Source: Lophium mytilinum (Eukaryota). Taken from it: a stretch of 64,000 nucleotides of DNA. A program made the translations under genes and the position numbers. Location: assembly GCA_010093605.1 (NCBI GenBank), contig MU004188.1, positions 1,367,673 through 1,431,672 on the forward strand. The letters are read 5' to 3'. Shown piece after piece: positions 10,696 to 23,900 of the stretch (its first letter is position 1; the number at the start of each line of letters is the position of its first letter). The notes under the pieces are model-generated. The model ran no database searches. It had not been told where the DNA came from and was given only the letters and a program-made list of their open reading frames with translations.

Positions 10696-13600
10696 TTTTT
10701 TAAGGTTATAGAATTAGAATATTAGTAAGTATCTACCTATATATTAGTAGCCCTATAACCTTAATATACTTAGCAGGAGTCTAGTATATACTATACTATA
10801 ACCTATAATTATAGATAAATCTAAAGTCTTATAGCAGCGTGCTTATAGCGTTACTAGGTAATAACCTCCTCTAATAACTTAGTAGAAACTATATAGTAGA
10901 GAATCTAACTAAAGTAAAGAGTTTAGTCTTACTTTAATTAGCTAGCTAACCTTATAGCTTACGTTATAATCTTTAAGCTATTAACTTTAACTAATTCTAG
11001 CCTTAGAGCTATAAATCGCGTAGCTAGTTACTTAGGCGTATTATTTAAGTCTAGATTCTTATTATAGCGCTATTCTTCTAGTAGTTTTAGAAAGTCTTTA
11101 TAGGGCCTATTCTTATATAGATATAGTTAATAGAACTTCTAGACTAGCTTTCGCGCGCCTATAAATATAGCCTAGTTTTTCTAGTTCCCTAGCTCTATAT
11201 AGCTAGTCTGCTAGGGCTTATACTATAGTTCTTAATAATATTCTCTATAATACTATTTACTAGTAATAATCTTATTAATAGAGTACTCTATTTATTTCTC
11301 TTCTTTATTATTAATAATAATAACTAGCGGTAGCTTAGGCTATTATTATTCTAGAACTAGAACTAAGTTATTAAGGTAGAGTAGGTATAGAGAGAATATA
11401 GACTATATATACTAATTAAGAAGGTCTTATAGAAGCTTTAGCTTATATACTACGCTATAATTAATAACTACCTTAATTTAGTATAGTCTAATATTCTTAT
11501 AATCTAGTAACTTATTTTTATATTCTATCTTAATATTTCTAGCATTAAGCTATACCTAATTATTTACTTTTATTAATAGCGGGGGGTTTCTATATTAATT
11601 TATAAACTCTACCTACTTATTCTTTATCTAGATTATCTATTACTGTCCCTCTACTAGCACTTCCTAAAGATGCGTAATATATTAATCGGCCAGTATAAGA
11701 TTAACGCGCGTATAATAGGCTAGGCCTTATTCTAATAGAGCTAGTAGTTTAATACCTTATTACAGGTAGAAACTATAATTAAAAAAGAATAGGGAGAAGC
11801 CCGTTAAGGCGTTAACTATATTGTTCGCGATAAATTTACTAATAGAAAGTTAGTTAACCTAATTATTCTACTAGTAGTTAATAAAAAGCCTAAGAAAAGC
11901 TTTTATAAATAAGTTTACGTTCTCTATCTATCTATCTATTTTAGAGTAATAGGCTATTAATAACTTTAGGTTAACGCCTAAGCGTATATAAACCCTTTAC
12001 TAGAAATTAGAGGTAAAATTAGTACCTTAATTACTAATAATTTATTATAGTAGACTATAGAGGTAGAAGATCTTATAGATAAACGCGTTAGTAATATCTT
12101 TTACTATTATGCCTACTATTAGAATATAGTATTATTACTTAGATATATAATTAATTATAACTAGAATAGATATATATTTAATACTATTTCTTATATAGGG
12201 AGAAAGATCTATAATAAAGTTAAATATAATATTAGTCTAGCGGTGTTCTTCTATAGAAAGACTATATAGTAGTTCTTACTTCTTACTTCTAGAGGCTTTA
12301 GCTTAATAATAGCCGTGGCAGGCTTTTATAAATTACTTAATAGAATCTATTATCTTTAGCTAGAAATAGTACCTCTAGAGGAGCTTATACGTGCTATATT
12401 TACCTAGATAGCTGCTAGCTAGTATAATATAGGTAATCTATATTAATTATAATTATAGGGCTGCATAGTCTAGTATAAATAATTAACTATAATAGTATAA
12501 CCTTATATTAGCTTCCTTACTAATAACTTTAAACGCGCCTAGGTTAAGGTTTCTAACAACTTATTATAGTACTATAGGAATAGTACGCGCTCTATTCTAT
12601 ATAAGTACTATTAGCGCGTATATAGTAGAATCTATTAGCTCCTCTAGTTCTAGCGGGACGTAATAAGCGTTACTAATTAGATTGCTAAGTATCTATTCTA
12701 GCTCCTTATTAGAATCGGGTTAGTTAGGTTAATTTACTAGAAGGGCGCTATCTTATATAATAGCTAGTATAAGCTAAAAGAAGCTAATATATAAGCTTGC
12801 GGCTAGTAATAGGTTAAGTATAAGATAATAAGGTAATTCTTTAAATAATAAGCTTAGATAAGAGTTAGCTATCGGGCCACTTATTATATAGCTTATTTAT
12901 TTAGTTTTAGTATTATCTATATTATCTACCTAGAGTTTAGCGTTAGTAATAGATAGTATAACGCTAGGGGCGAGGTAATAGCTTTTAAGTATTATCTAAT
13001 GTTAAAATTAGTTCTATAGATTGTTAGGTCCTTAGAATAGGTTCTAGGAATATCTAGTAAGGCTATTTAGTTTAATGCTAAATACTCTAGGTTAATATAT
13101 AATTTTAAAATTAAAGCCTATAAGAAATTCCGCCTATTAGGCCTAATATCTATTAAGTTACTTTATAGTTATAAACTATTCTAGATTTTAGTAATCTATA
13201 AGGATTTCTATAGAGTCTTTAGAATTAGTACTAGCTAGTTTAGGTCTCTACTATTTAAAAGCTTTAATAATTACTAGAAGCTTCTTATTATATATCTTAT
13301 AGTTTATTTCTTATAGTAATATCTTTATTAAAAAGAAAGCTATAGAATATAGAAGGCCGTCCTCTTCTATTTATAATATAACGCCGGCTATAATATAGTT
13401 AGAAGCGTCTATCTTAATATAGACCTTTTTACCGTATTAAAAGTAAGCGAGTATAAGTACTAAAGTAAATGCTGCTTTAAGGGTTCTAAAGGCTATCTCG
13501 CAATTATTATTCTAGTAGAACCTAGGCTAAGATTTACCTTTCTTATTCTTTTTTAACGTATTATTGCTAGTTATATGCATTATTAAGGTTAGTAGATATA

Positions 13601-16600
13601 TAATTCTAGAGAATCCGTATATAAAATAGTAATAGAAGTTAGCTAGGCTAAGAAACGCCTATATATCTTTAATATAGGTTGGGGTTTACTAGCTTATAAT
13701 TACTTTAACTTTATCTAGGTCTATGTAAATTCCTTTAGTAGTAATAATAAGGCCTAGGTACTTAACCTATTTAACGCTAAATTCGGATTTACTAATATTA
13801 GCCTGCAAGCCGTATTTATATAGTTATTAGAGAACCTTCTTAATATACTTTTAGTGCTTCTTCTTATCTATAGAGTATATAAAGATATTATTAAGGTATA
13901 TAGAATAGAAATTATCTAGGTAATTATATAGGGCGTTATTAATATAGCCCTAAAATATTACTAGTTCTCTAGTTAACCTAAATAGGAGGACCTTTAATTT
14001 AAACGCACTATAGCGTGTAGTAAATCCTATAAAACGTTTATCCTCTAGTCTTATTCTAATTCTATTAAAAGTACTAATAATATCTAGCTTAGTAAACTAT
14101 TTAGCATAACTAAGCTAGTTTATAGTTTCTTATATTAGTAGAATTAGGTATTATAATTTAACTATAAGAGTATTTACGGCTTAGTAGTTAATATAGAATT
14201 ATACACCGCCGCCCAGTTTCCTAATAAGAAGGATTAGTAATAAGACATTAAATTGGGCGGGTTTAATAAAGCCTTTTATAAGATTATTATCTATCTATTT
14301 TTTAATAACTTGTAGCTCTCCTTTTAACATTAAATAAGGCCGGGCCCGTAAAAGCTTCTTCTCTACGCCTAGAAGTAGATAAATCTTATAATCTACGCCA
14401 GGTTAATTTAGTAGAAGAGTATTTACATTAGTTTAATTAAATATATTAATATATAGGTAATATTCTTTTAGAAGCTTATAGAGGATTTTATTCTTTATTA
14501 TATATATCTTAGCGCGGAGGAATTTATTAATATTAGTTATTATAATAGCGTTAACACGTTCTAGAACGTTAGTGCCTTATTAGATAATAAGCACCTAGAT
14601 ACTATTATTATAGATAAGGATATTATAATTATTATCTATTTCTTATAGAATGTGCAGCGGAAGTTCTTTTATATTCTATTCTTTCTTTATATACGCATAA
14701 GTTAGGCCGGCGGATATATAATACGTATTATATTATATATCTATACTTATTAGATATACTATTTTTAGCCTATATAAGGGGCTTTAAGTTATTATAGTAC
14801 TCTATATTATATAGTAATAATAATAGTATAGTTTAAAGAAATTAAGACGCCTCTTATACTAATTAATTGCGGGGTTATACTTCTTAAGCTATTTATATCT
14901 AAGAATTAGAAATATAGAGCCGAGCTCTATAATAAAGGCCTCTATTTATTTAGCGTAATTATTAAGTTAGAAGTATATAAGGGCAGTATAGGTAATCTTC
15001 TTAGTAATAGCGCCTCCGTTAGCTAATTTAAGCGTGCGCGCGCGGAGTAAGGGGATAAGGGATAAATTATAGATATACGTATAAGTAGTATTAATAAAAT
15101 TATATATAGCTCTACTATTAATAAGTAAAAGAGTAGGTATAGTAGAAATAGGCTTACTATTTCTATATATCTAGACTTTTCTAAGTAGCTTTAGATAGTA
15201 CTTATCTTATAGAGTAACGTCCGTCTAAATTAAGGCTTTACTAATTTTAAGAGTGTCTAGAGATTCTAGCCTAAGTCTATCTAGTTTATTAATTATGCCT
15301 ACTATTTCTTTATATATTAACTATATAACTAGTATTAAGTTAGTACTACTTACTATAGGCCTTAAGTTGCAGCTATAACCTAGGGCTAGGCATTTTCCTA
15401 TCTATAGCTATATTCTTGCTAGGTAGTAGAGTTTATAGCATAAATAGCTAGGGTACTAAATTAAATAGTACGCGGTAGAGCAGGGCGCTAAGCTACTAGC
15501 TAAGCTATAGAGTAATTAGGGTTATTCTTTTTATAACTAGGTATATAGTAGTAGTAGTAGGTACTATTAGCTCTTAATATAGCGCGCTTAGTATTAGTTA
15601 TAACGCCTAAAGGTTTCTAGCTATTTAGAATATTAACTAGAGCCTATAGCTAACCTATATATAAATTAGTATTATTAACGCCTGCGGCTATAATAGCGAG
15701 CGGTTAGTTAGATTAAGAAGCTTAAGTATATAGGTATAGGCCGCGCTATAATTAATAACCTCTATAGTTATTATAGCTTCCGCGGAATCTACTATATCTA
15801 CTACGCTAGCCTCTATAGATAGTTAGATTAGCGCAGTGTACTATATAGATATAGATTAATATATTATTATTACGTTAATAATAGTATATAGCTACTACTA
15901 TATCTATAGTTCTAGTAAATAGTTTTTCTATTATAGCGCCCTTATTAACCTAGATAAGTCCTTACTCCTAAATTATAGTTATTATATTATTCTTATTCTA
16001 CTTTAGTATTATATTAGCTTACTCTATAATATAACTCTAGAAGTTATTAATTAACTTATTCTATTTCTAGAATATAGTGTAAATCTTATTCTAGGCCGTA
16101 TTTTCTATATTAGGGTTAAGGAATTAATTATCTAGAAAGGCCTAGGCATCTACTAAGGTAATAAGCTTATTCTTAGATATCTATTTAGATATTATAAATT
16201 ATCCTACTACTAAGTTAAGCTTAATTCGGGAGATTATATATCTAAGCTATAGATAGTTATTTTAAAACTTATAGCCGCCTCTAGAAATCTTAAGTATAAT
16301 ATAAGCCTTCTAGCTAGAATACTATACTTTATTGCCGGTAAATTCTAGGGCGTCCGCGATATAGTTACGCGTGTACGATCTTAAGCGCGAGTGCAAGTAG
16401 TAGCACTTAGAGTAGTATTAATCTTAACTAGAACTATAGTAGTTATTATCTAAATTAGATAAGCTAGTAGAGCTATTAGAGCTACTAGAGTTATTATTAT
16501 TATATTACTTATTCTAATAAGATTTCTTAGATTATTTCTTGCGCTTGCGCGGGTTCTTATTATAGTTATAGCTATTATTACTAAATAGAGGTAGTGCAGC

Positions 16601-18224
16601 GGGAAAGAAGCTATTAATAGTATTAGGCTAGGCAAGCTTTTATAAAGTTATAGCTATAGTCTTAACTAGTATAGCCTATTATTTAGGGGTAGACGCTATA
16701 GTATTAGTAGTAATTATCTAGCGTTAAAGCCTTATAGCTTTCTTTTCTATCTTTATAGCTTCTTTTTTAAGCTTTATTACCTTACTTACTTAAAGTTTAT
16801 AAGCTATTTTAGCCTTATAGTAGTTATCTTTATATATAGTAAGGTTCTTAACCTATTACTTAGCTTATTCTATAGCCTTTTAGAGCTTCCCTTTAGTTTT
16901 CTCTAGCTTATACTTAAGCTTCTTATTCTTTATTAAGAGGTGGAGGAGTTTATTAGCTTTACTAGCGAGTTTAGTCTTCTACGCAGCTACCTTATCTTTA
17001 TAGACTTATACTTATTTACTAGTAGAGGCTCTAGTAAGCTTATTAAATTTACTCTTAGCCTCTATAAGTTTCTTCTAGAGTTTCTCTACCTATTCTAAGA
17101 GTTTCTAGACCTTATCCTTCTTATCTTTAGCGGCGTCCTCTTATTTCTTTATAATATTATACTTAAGATTAACTTTAATCTATAGTGCGCGGTAGCGCTC
17201 CTTAGTATCTTTATATATAATCTCTTTACGCTAGGCTTATATCTTATATTCTTAAAGAATCTAGAACTACTTTATAGAATTAGCCTTAATAAGCGTAAGG
17301 TATATATTAGTATTATTAATCTAGATAAGGCTAAGTTACTTATTCTTACTAATAGTAGAATAGTTAATAAATATAGAGTCTTTAATAAAATTGCCCGGGG
17401 TCTATACTATAAGGCGCGATAGAGTTTTACTAACTTATTTCTTTTCTAGGGTATTAATAGCTTTTAAGAAAGGCCCGTTAATATTCTTAATCTTATTATT
17501 ATTATTATTAAGGGGGACCTGCTAGCTTTATTCTATAGTAGCTAATATAAATTAAGTATTAACTAGGGTATTAGGATCTTAAGTAAACTATTTAGGTTTA
17601 TCCCCTTAGAACTAGTACTTACGCTTAAGGCGGGCTTGCAATAGAGAAGCTAATATAGCTAGGTTATTACTAGAGAATAAGGTAGAATTATTATTAGAGT
17701 CTAGTTTAGATTTAATAAAGAGGGGGTTCTTAGCAGTGCTTATAGTAGAGTAGTAGGCTAGTAGAAGAAAGTAGTAGCTATAACGCGCAACCCGTATATT
17801 ACGCGGAATAATAGAGGAATTATTAACCTATAGATTGCGCTAGTAATTAATAGCTATATAGAATAGTATAGAAGTAGATTTCTTATAGCTTTATAGAAGG
17901 GGTTATAGATAGAAGGTAAGTAAGAAAGTAAGAGAAAGAAAGAGAGTAAGAGCGGCTAGTTAAAATAGCTACGTAGCCGGTTCTAGGTCTTAAGTTAGGT
18001 TAGCGTATAGTAAATAATATAGAGAAGTCTACGCAGCCTATTAGGTTTATATAATATAAAGAAAAGGGTATTTATATAGTAAGTATATAATAGCCTATAG
18101 TAAAACTGCATAATATAGAGAGTTTATAATAGCCTATAGTAAGGCTATTTAAAGCTGGAATTTAAATAGCTACTTATTTTTTAGTAATTCTAAGTAAATT
18201 TATAGGTTTATTTAAATGCGCCTA

Positions 18225-18480
18225 TAGGCGTATAACTAAGTAGACCTGCAGGCTATATACTAAGTAAATTAACTAAGCTAACCTGCAGGCTATAGACTAA
18301 GCTAATCTATAGGCTGTAGACTAAGCTAATCTATAGGCTATAGACTAGGCGTTTTAACTAGGCTAACCTATAGGCTAATTAATAAGTAGCCTATAGGCTT
18401 ATTAACTAAGCGGCCCGTAGGCTATTTTAACTAAGCGGCCCGCAGGCTATTTTAACTAAGCGGCCCGTAGGCTAGTAGTA
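18225..18480. repeat. Degenerate ~23-25 bp tandem repeats (ACTAAGCGGCCCGTAGGCT-like) in the 5' leader of element A
   Basis: Repeated ACTAAG...TAGGCT units. A homologous array lies at ~45200-45330 in element C. Confidence 0.75.
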
Positions 18481-20952
18481 AGACCTTAAAGAAATTAGTG
18501 CCCGTAGGCTATATAACTAAGCTAAGAGGCTATACTACTAAAGTAATAGTATTAAGGCTACTAGTAGTATAGTCTAGCGTAACTTTATAATAAGTAATTA
18601 AAGCTATAGAAAAGAAAGTTATATATTTAGGTAGTATATAGTATTATAGATAGTAAGGTATAGAGGTATATAGAATAAAAAGTAGAATTATATTATAAGA
18701 TATACTATAAGAAGCTAGAGTATAAGACTACTTGCAATTCTATCTAGAGATACGCCGGTAGTAGAATAATAATATTTCTAGCGAGCATATAACTATTAGG
18801 CACGTGCTAGGTTTATAGCTAGAAAAGAGGCCTAGATCTATTATAGTATACTTAGTAGAAATTTTCTTAATAAAAATTTATATATAGAAAATATAATTCT
18901 AAAACTAATTTTTAGTAGCTTAGTATAAATTATATAGGAAAGTTAAATATTACTCTAATTAGGCTAAGAATTTAAATATATATAGCTAGAGTATTAACTT
19001 TTTCCCTTATCTAGAGAGAAAGTTTATTTAAGTTCTAGAGCTTATCTAAAGAGTAAGAAATAGTTCTTTAGAAGTACTTTTATAAGGCTATTAGCTATCT
19101 ATTAGTTAGTTAGAATAAATTTAAGGTCTATAGTATTATTAGCAACTTTTTTCTAAATATAGTAGTATTAGATAGTAATATACTTTAACCTAGAGTAAAA
19201 CTATAGGTTCTTTACTAGCGTAATAGCTTCTTAGTTATTACTATAGATAATAGTAGCTACTAAAACTTTTTCTATAGCTAGTAATTTTTAAAGAAGAGAG
19301 TATAGCTATATAGCTTTCTTAGTAGCTTAAGTCTCTTCTATATATTCTACTTTATATAAAGAGAAAGTAATAATAGTTTACTATTTAGATAACTAACTAA
19401 TAACTCTACTTCTAATACTAAAAATATATCTAGCTATAGACTAATATATAGCTTAATTACTAGCCTAATTAGAATTAGTATATCTAATAAGTAGCTAAAG
19501 TAGTCCCTTATATATAAGCTTAAGGTTAAAAGTCCCTCTTAAATAGTATATAATATATTTTATAGCTTTAATATATACTATAGTAGGGTTTATAAGATAT
19601 TAGCTATATATAAATACTAAAAATATAATATTAAATTAAGTTCTAAGTATAGTATATATAAGAGAGCTAATTACTTTTATATACTAGAATTAATTAGCTT
19701 CTAATATAATATAGCTATTCTTAGCTAGGTCTATATTACTAGTTTCTATTAGAGTAGCTATAGGCTTTCTATTAGTAAGGTTAAATTTCTAAAGAACTTT
19801 AGAGAGGTACCTTCTTTAGCTAAGTACTAAGCTATAATTCTATTAGTTATATATAATTAATATACCTAAGTAGTAGCTATATACGCCTAGATCTAATATT
19901 TTAAAGTACTTACTAAGAGCGTCTTTAATAATCTTAATATTAGATTTAGATAGTTCTATAATAAGTAGATTATTAATATATACTATAATAAAGTTATAGC
20001 CTTTTAAAAAGACTTCTAGATTAGAATCTAGTAGAGAGAAGCCTAAGTCTTTAAGAAAAGTAGTAAGTATATAGTACTAGATTCTAGAAGATTATTTTAA
20101 TCTATAGAGGGCCTTTTTAAGATAGTAGATCTTATATATATTATTTTCTATACTATAGAGTTATTCTATATAGATTTCTTCTTTAATATTACTATATAAG
20201 AAGGCAGTTTTAATATCTATTTACTTAATTTTTAGGTCTAGAGTAGTAGCTATTATAAAGATTATTTTATAGCTTATAGGTTTAACTATAGAAGTAAAGG
20301 TTTTATTATAATCTATACCTTCTTCTTATTTAAATCCGCGGATAATTTATTAGGCTTTATATTATATAACTTTACTATTAGATCTATACTTAAGTTTATA
20401 TACCTATTTACTATAGAGTATTTATTAGTATAGTAGAGCATTAACTAGGTTCTAAGTACTATTAGTAATTAGTAATACTATTTTTTCTTCTATAGCCTTC
20501 TTCTATTTTTACTATATAGAGTTAGACTATACTTAACTAATTATTTTTAGTTTAAATAGTTCTTCTATAGCTATACTAATAAGTATAAAGAGACTATATA
20601 GGTTTTATAGTATATTTTTAGTCTATAATTCTTTATTTTTATAATTTAAAATATATAGTTCTAGGTAGTTTAAAAGTACTTTAGCTAGTAGTTTATAGAG
20701 AATATTTAAGATAAAGATTTCTAGTAGTTTTATTATAAGTTTAACTAGGTTTCTAGAACTATAATAATCTAGCTTACATCTAATTATAGAATTTAGTTAG
20801 AGAGGTAGCTATCTAGATACTTATCTAGATAGCTACTATAGTAGTATAGCCGGCCTTAGCTATATAGGTAGCTACTATAGTAGTATAGCTAGCCTTAGTT
20901 ATATAAATACTTATCTAGATACTAGTTATATAGGCGGTTATATAGGTACTTA

Positions 20953-23900
20953 GAAAAATATAATATAATTAAATTTACAGCACCTTAGAAATACAACCTA
21001 AAAAGGGCCCCTAGAGGCTACTTAAGGCCCTATAAATATTTACACGCAGTATTAGAGCTCTATAAGCTATGCTAGCGGTATTATAGTAGAATTACATATT
21101 ATAACCCCTATCATGCAGCATTATTAATAATAATAATAATACTACTAATAACACTAATAATAACCCTAAAACTAAACCTACTAACTAAAGACTAAGTAGA
21201 ATATCTACGCTAACGTCCAAGCGCTTATTAAAGAAGCCTATAGTATATAGAACTCCCTATAGAATAAGCCTATATTCTTTAACCCTAAGATAAATAACGC
21301 TCTTAAGCACCTCTAGAACTTTACCGGGCGCGTACTAGCTAGCCTCTTAGGTACTGCGGAGGACCTATAATAAACGCTATAGAGAAAGATAATAAAGATA
21401 ATAGAGGAAATATAAAAGGGCGTATAGGTACTATCTATATAAAAAATAACCTACGCAGTAGTAATAGTAGTAGAAAGAAATAGTAAGACTATAGAAAATA
21501 GAGAGTATATAATATAGACTACCTATAAAATTACTATATATATTAAGAATAAAAAGAAACGCGCCGCAATAAATAAGGACTTAAATATAACTATTATCTA
21601 TAAGCTCTAAGTAGTAGAAGAGCCTAATATAATAAAGATCTATAGCATTAAAAAGCTTTAGAGTAGAGACGTAAAGGCCTATATACTAGATATAACCGCT
21701 AAGAAAGCCCTATTAAAGAAGAAGGAATAGATAAAGGTTCTAGGTAAAATAGTATAAATCTAACTACCTAAGGTCCTTCTAGAGGTACATAGAGTACCTA
21801 AAGAAACGGACCTAAAGGACCTAATACTATAAAGTAGTATTATATAAGATAATAAGGTACTATACCTAGGCCTAACTATATATAAGATTATATAGAAGCA
21901 CCTAAATTAAATCTAGGCTATTAGAAATAACCCTAAATAGCGCGCCTTATTAGCTATAGTTACTATAGGCATGGAGGCAATAGTAAATAAGATTATAAAT
22001 AGCGGGCTAGCATAGAATAGATATATACTAGAGGCTATAAAGTATAAGGTAGGCTTTATAGCTACCTAATACTTCTAATACTAGGGCTATAGATATATTA
22101 CTAGATACTATAAGAAGAAGGCGGTATACGCGGCGTATGTAGAAGCTTATAATATAAGATAATATATAGAGAAGAGTATTAGAAAGTATACTAACTATAA
22201 GAGAAGCTATCTATTATATAGTGCGGCGTGCACTATAAGAAAGAATACTTAACTAAAAGCTAATATAAAGAGGTAGGCAGCACTAACCTACTATAGAGCT
22301 AATAATAGCCCTAATAATAATACTAATAATACGCCGGGTATAGTAATATTCTAATCTATAATAGAATTATAAGCTCTTAATATAGTAAGTAGAAAGAGAA
22401 AGGCTACTAAAAATAGTAATGCACTAGACGGTAGTACTCTAAGAAGAGTAGAACGCCCCTCTATATCCGCTATATTCGCCGCGCATAAGAACCTAAAATA
22501 ACTAAAGATAAATAGAGTACTATAGTCTGCCTATACTATATAGACTACCTAATTAATATATACTTTCTATTTAATATAGTAGCCTAACTATAATAACCTA
22601 TAGCCTTACTATAATAGCCCGCAGCCTTTCTATAAAATTCTACAGCCTACCTATAAAATACTATACTACTCTTAGATAACAACCTATAGTAATAACACTA
22701 GACTATTATAATTTAATATAACTTAGGTGCCGTCCACCTAGAAAGAAGAGGTAGCGAGCTATTAGCTCTATACTAAGGCTAGCCGGGCTATAATAAATAA
22801 TTCTAAAGACTCTATAAATATCTAATATTAGGGCAACCTAATATACTTACTATTATATAATATAATATTAATAAGAGCTAAGAGACCTAAAGGGAGTTCC
22901 TTAAGAAGATAGAGGCGGCCTAGCTCTAGCTATTAGTGCTAGCTATATAAGAACTATAGAAGAATACCTAGAAATATATCTTACTATATATAAAATTATA
23001 CTACCTACTATATAGAGGAAGCCTAAAAGCTAGAATATATATATATATTAATAAGTACCTAAACCTAGGCTAATAGACTATAGAGTACTACTTACTAGAC
23101 CTTATTACCCTCTCTCTCTAGGCCGGGGGAGAGAATATTTAAATTTATAATATCTACAACCTAAAGCTATATAGAATTATAGCTACGCTACCCCCTATAC
23201 TATATAAGGAGGTAAAGTATATACTTATAGGTAATATAAACCTATACTACCTATTCTAGGAAAGAATATAAATAATTAGTATAGAAGAGTAAGCTAAGAA
23301 GCTTATTTACATTATAATAGAAGCAGGCCTAACTCTAGCTATAGAGAAGGGTATAGAAATATAAGTAAGAGAAATATAGTAGACTATAATTAACCTTATA
23401 TTTATATCTAAATGGCTAGTAGAATATATAATATTCTACATAGTTTAAGAGAAGTAGAACTATTACTTAGACTACCGCCCTATATATACGGAACTTAATA
23501 TTATACTACTACTAGCAACTAAATAGCCCCTACGCCGGCTATAGAAGAATATTATATAGAAGAATATATAGAAGCACCTTATAGCCTAGCTAGTTAAGCT
23601 AGAAAACTAGAATAACCCCCTAGATAATAAAAAAGAAGAAGACCTAGATAACTTTATATGCATTCTCTACTAACTTATTAAAATTACTATTAATACTATA
23701 GTACTAATAGTATAGCTCTTATAGCACGCATTACTATTCTAGACTAAGAAGTACTTAGAGAAGGTATATAAGACTAGGCGGGCGTATAGAATATAGCGCT
23801 TATTATACTCTATAGAGAACTAGATATTATACTAGGTCTAGTATAACTATAAGAAAAGAGCTATATAGAAAGAGAGTACTAAGGCATAGTACTATATAGT

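Larger units (their letters stand above)
10211..18845 (-). mobile_element. Ty3/Gypsy chromovirus 'A', full length (8635 bp), RIP-inactivated
   Basis: 204-bp LTRs 10211-10414 and 18642-18845. 5-bp TSD GTATA (10206-10210, 18846-18850). PPT complement CTACCCCCCCTC at 10415. RT YLDD remnant 13887-13898. Chromodomain remnant ~11100-11290. Confidence 0.95.

Noticed and set aside
16450..16635. 61-aa hydrophobic ORF resembling a small membrane or secreted protein
   Set aside because: It lies within gag of element A. The Ile/Leu richness is the expected product of RIP on Ser/Thr/Arg-rich codons.
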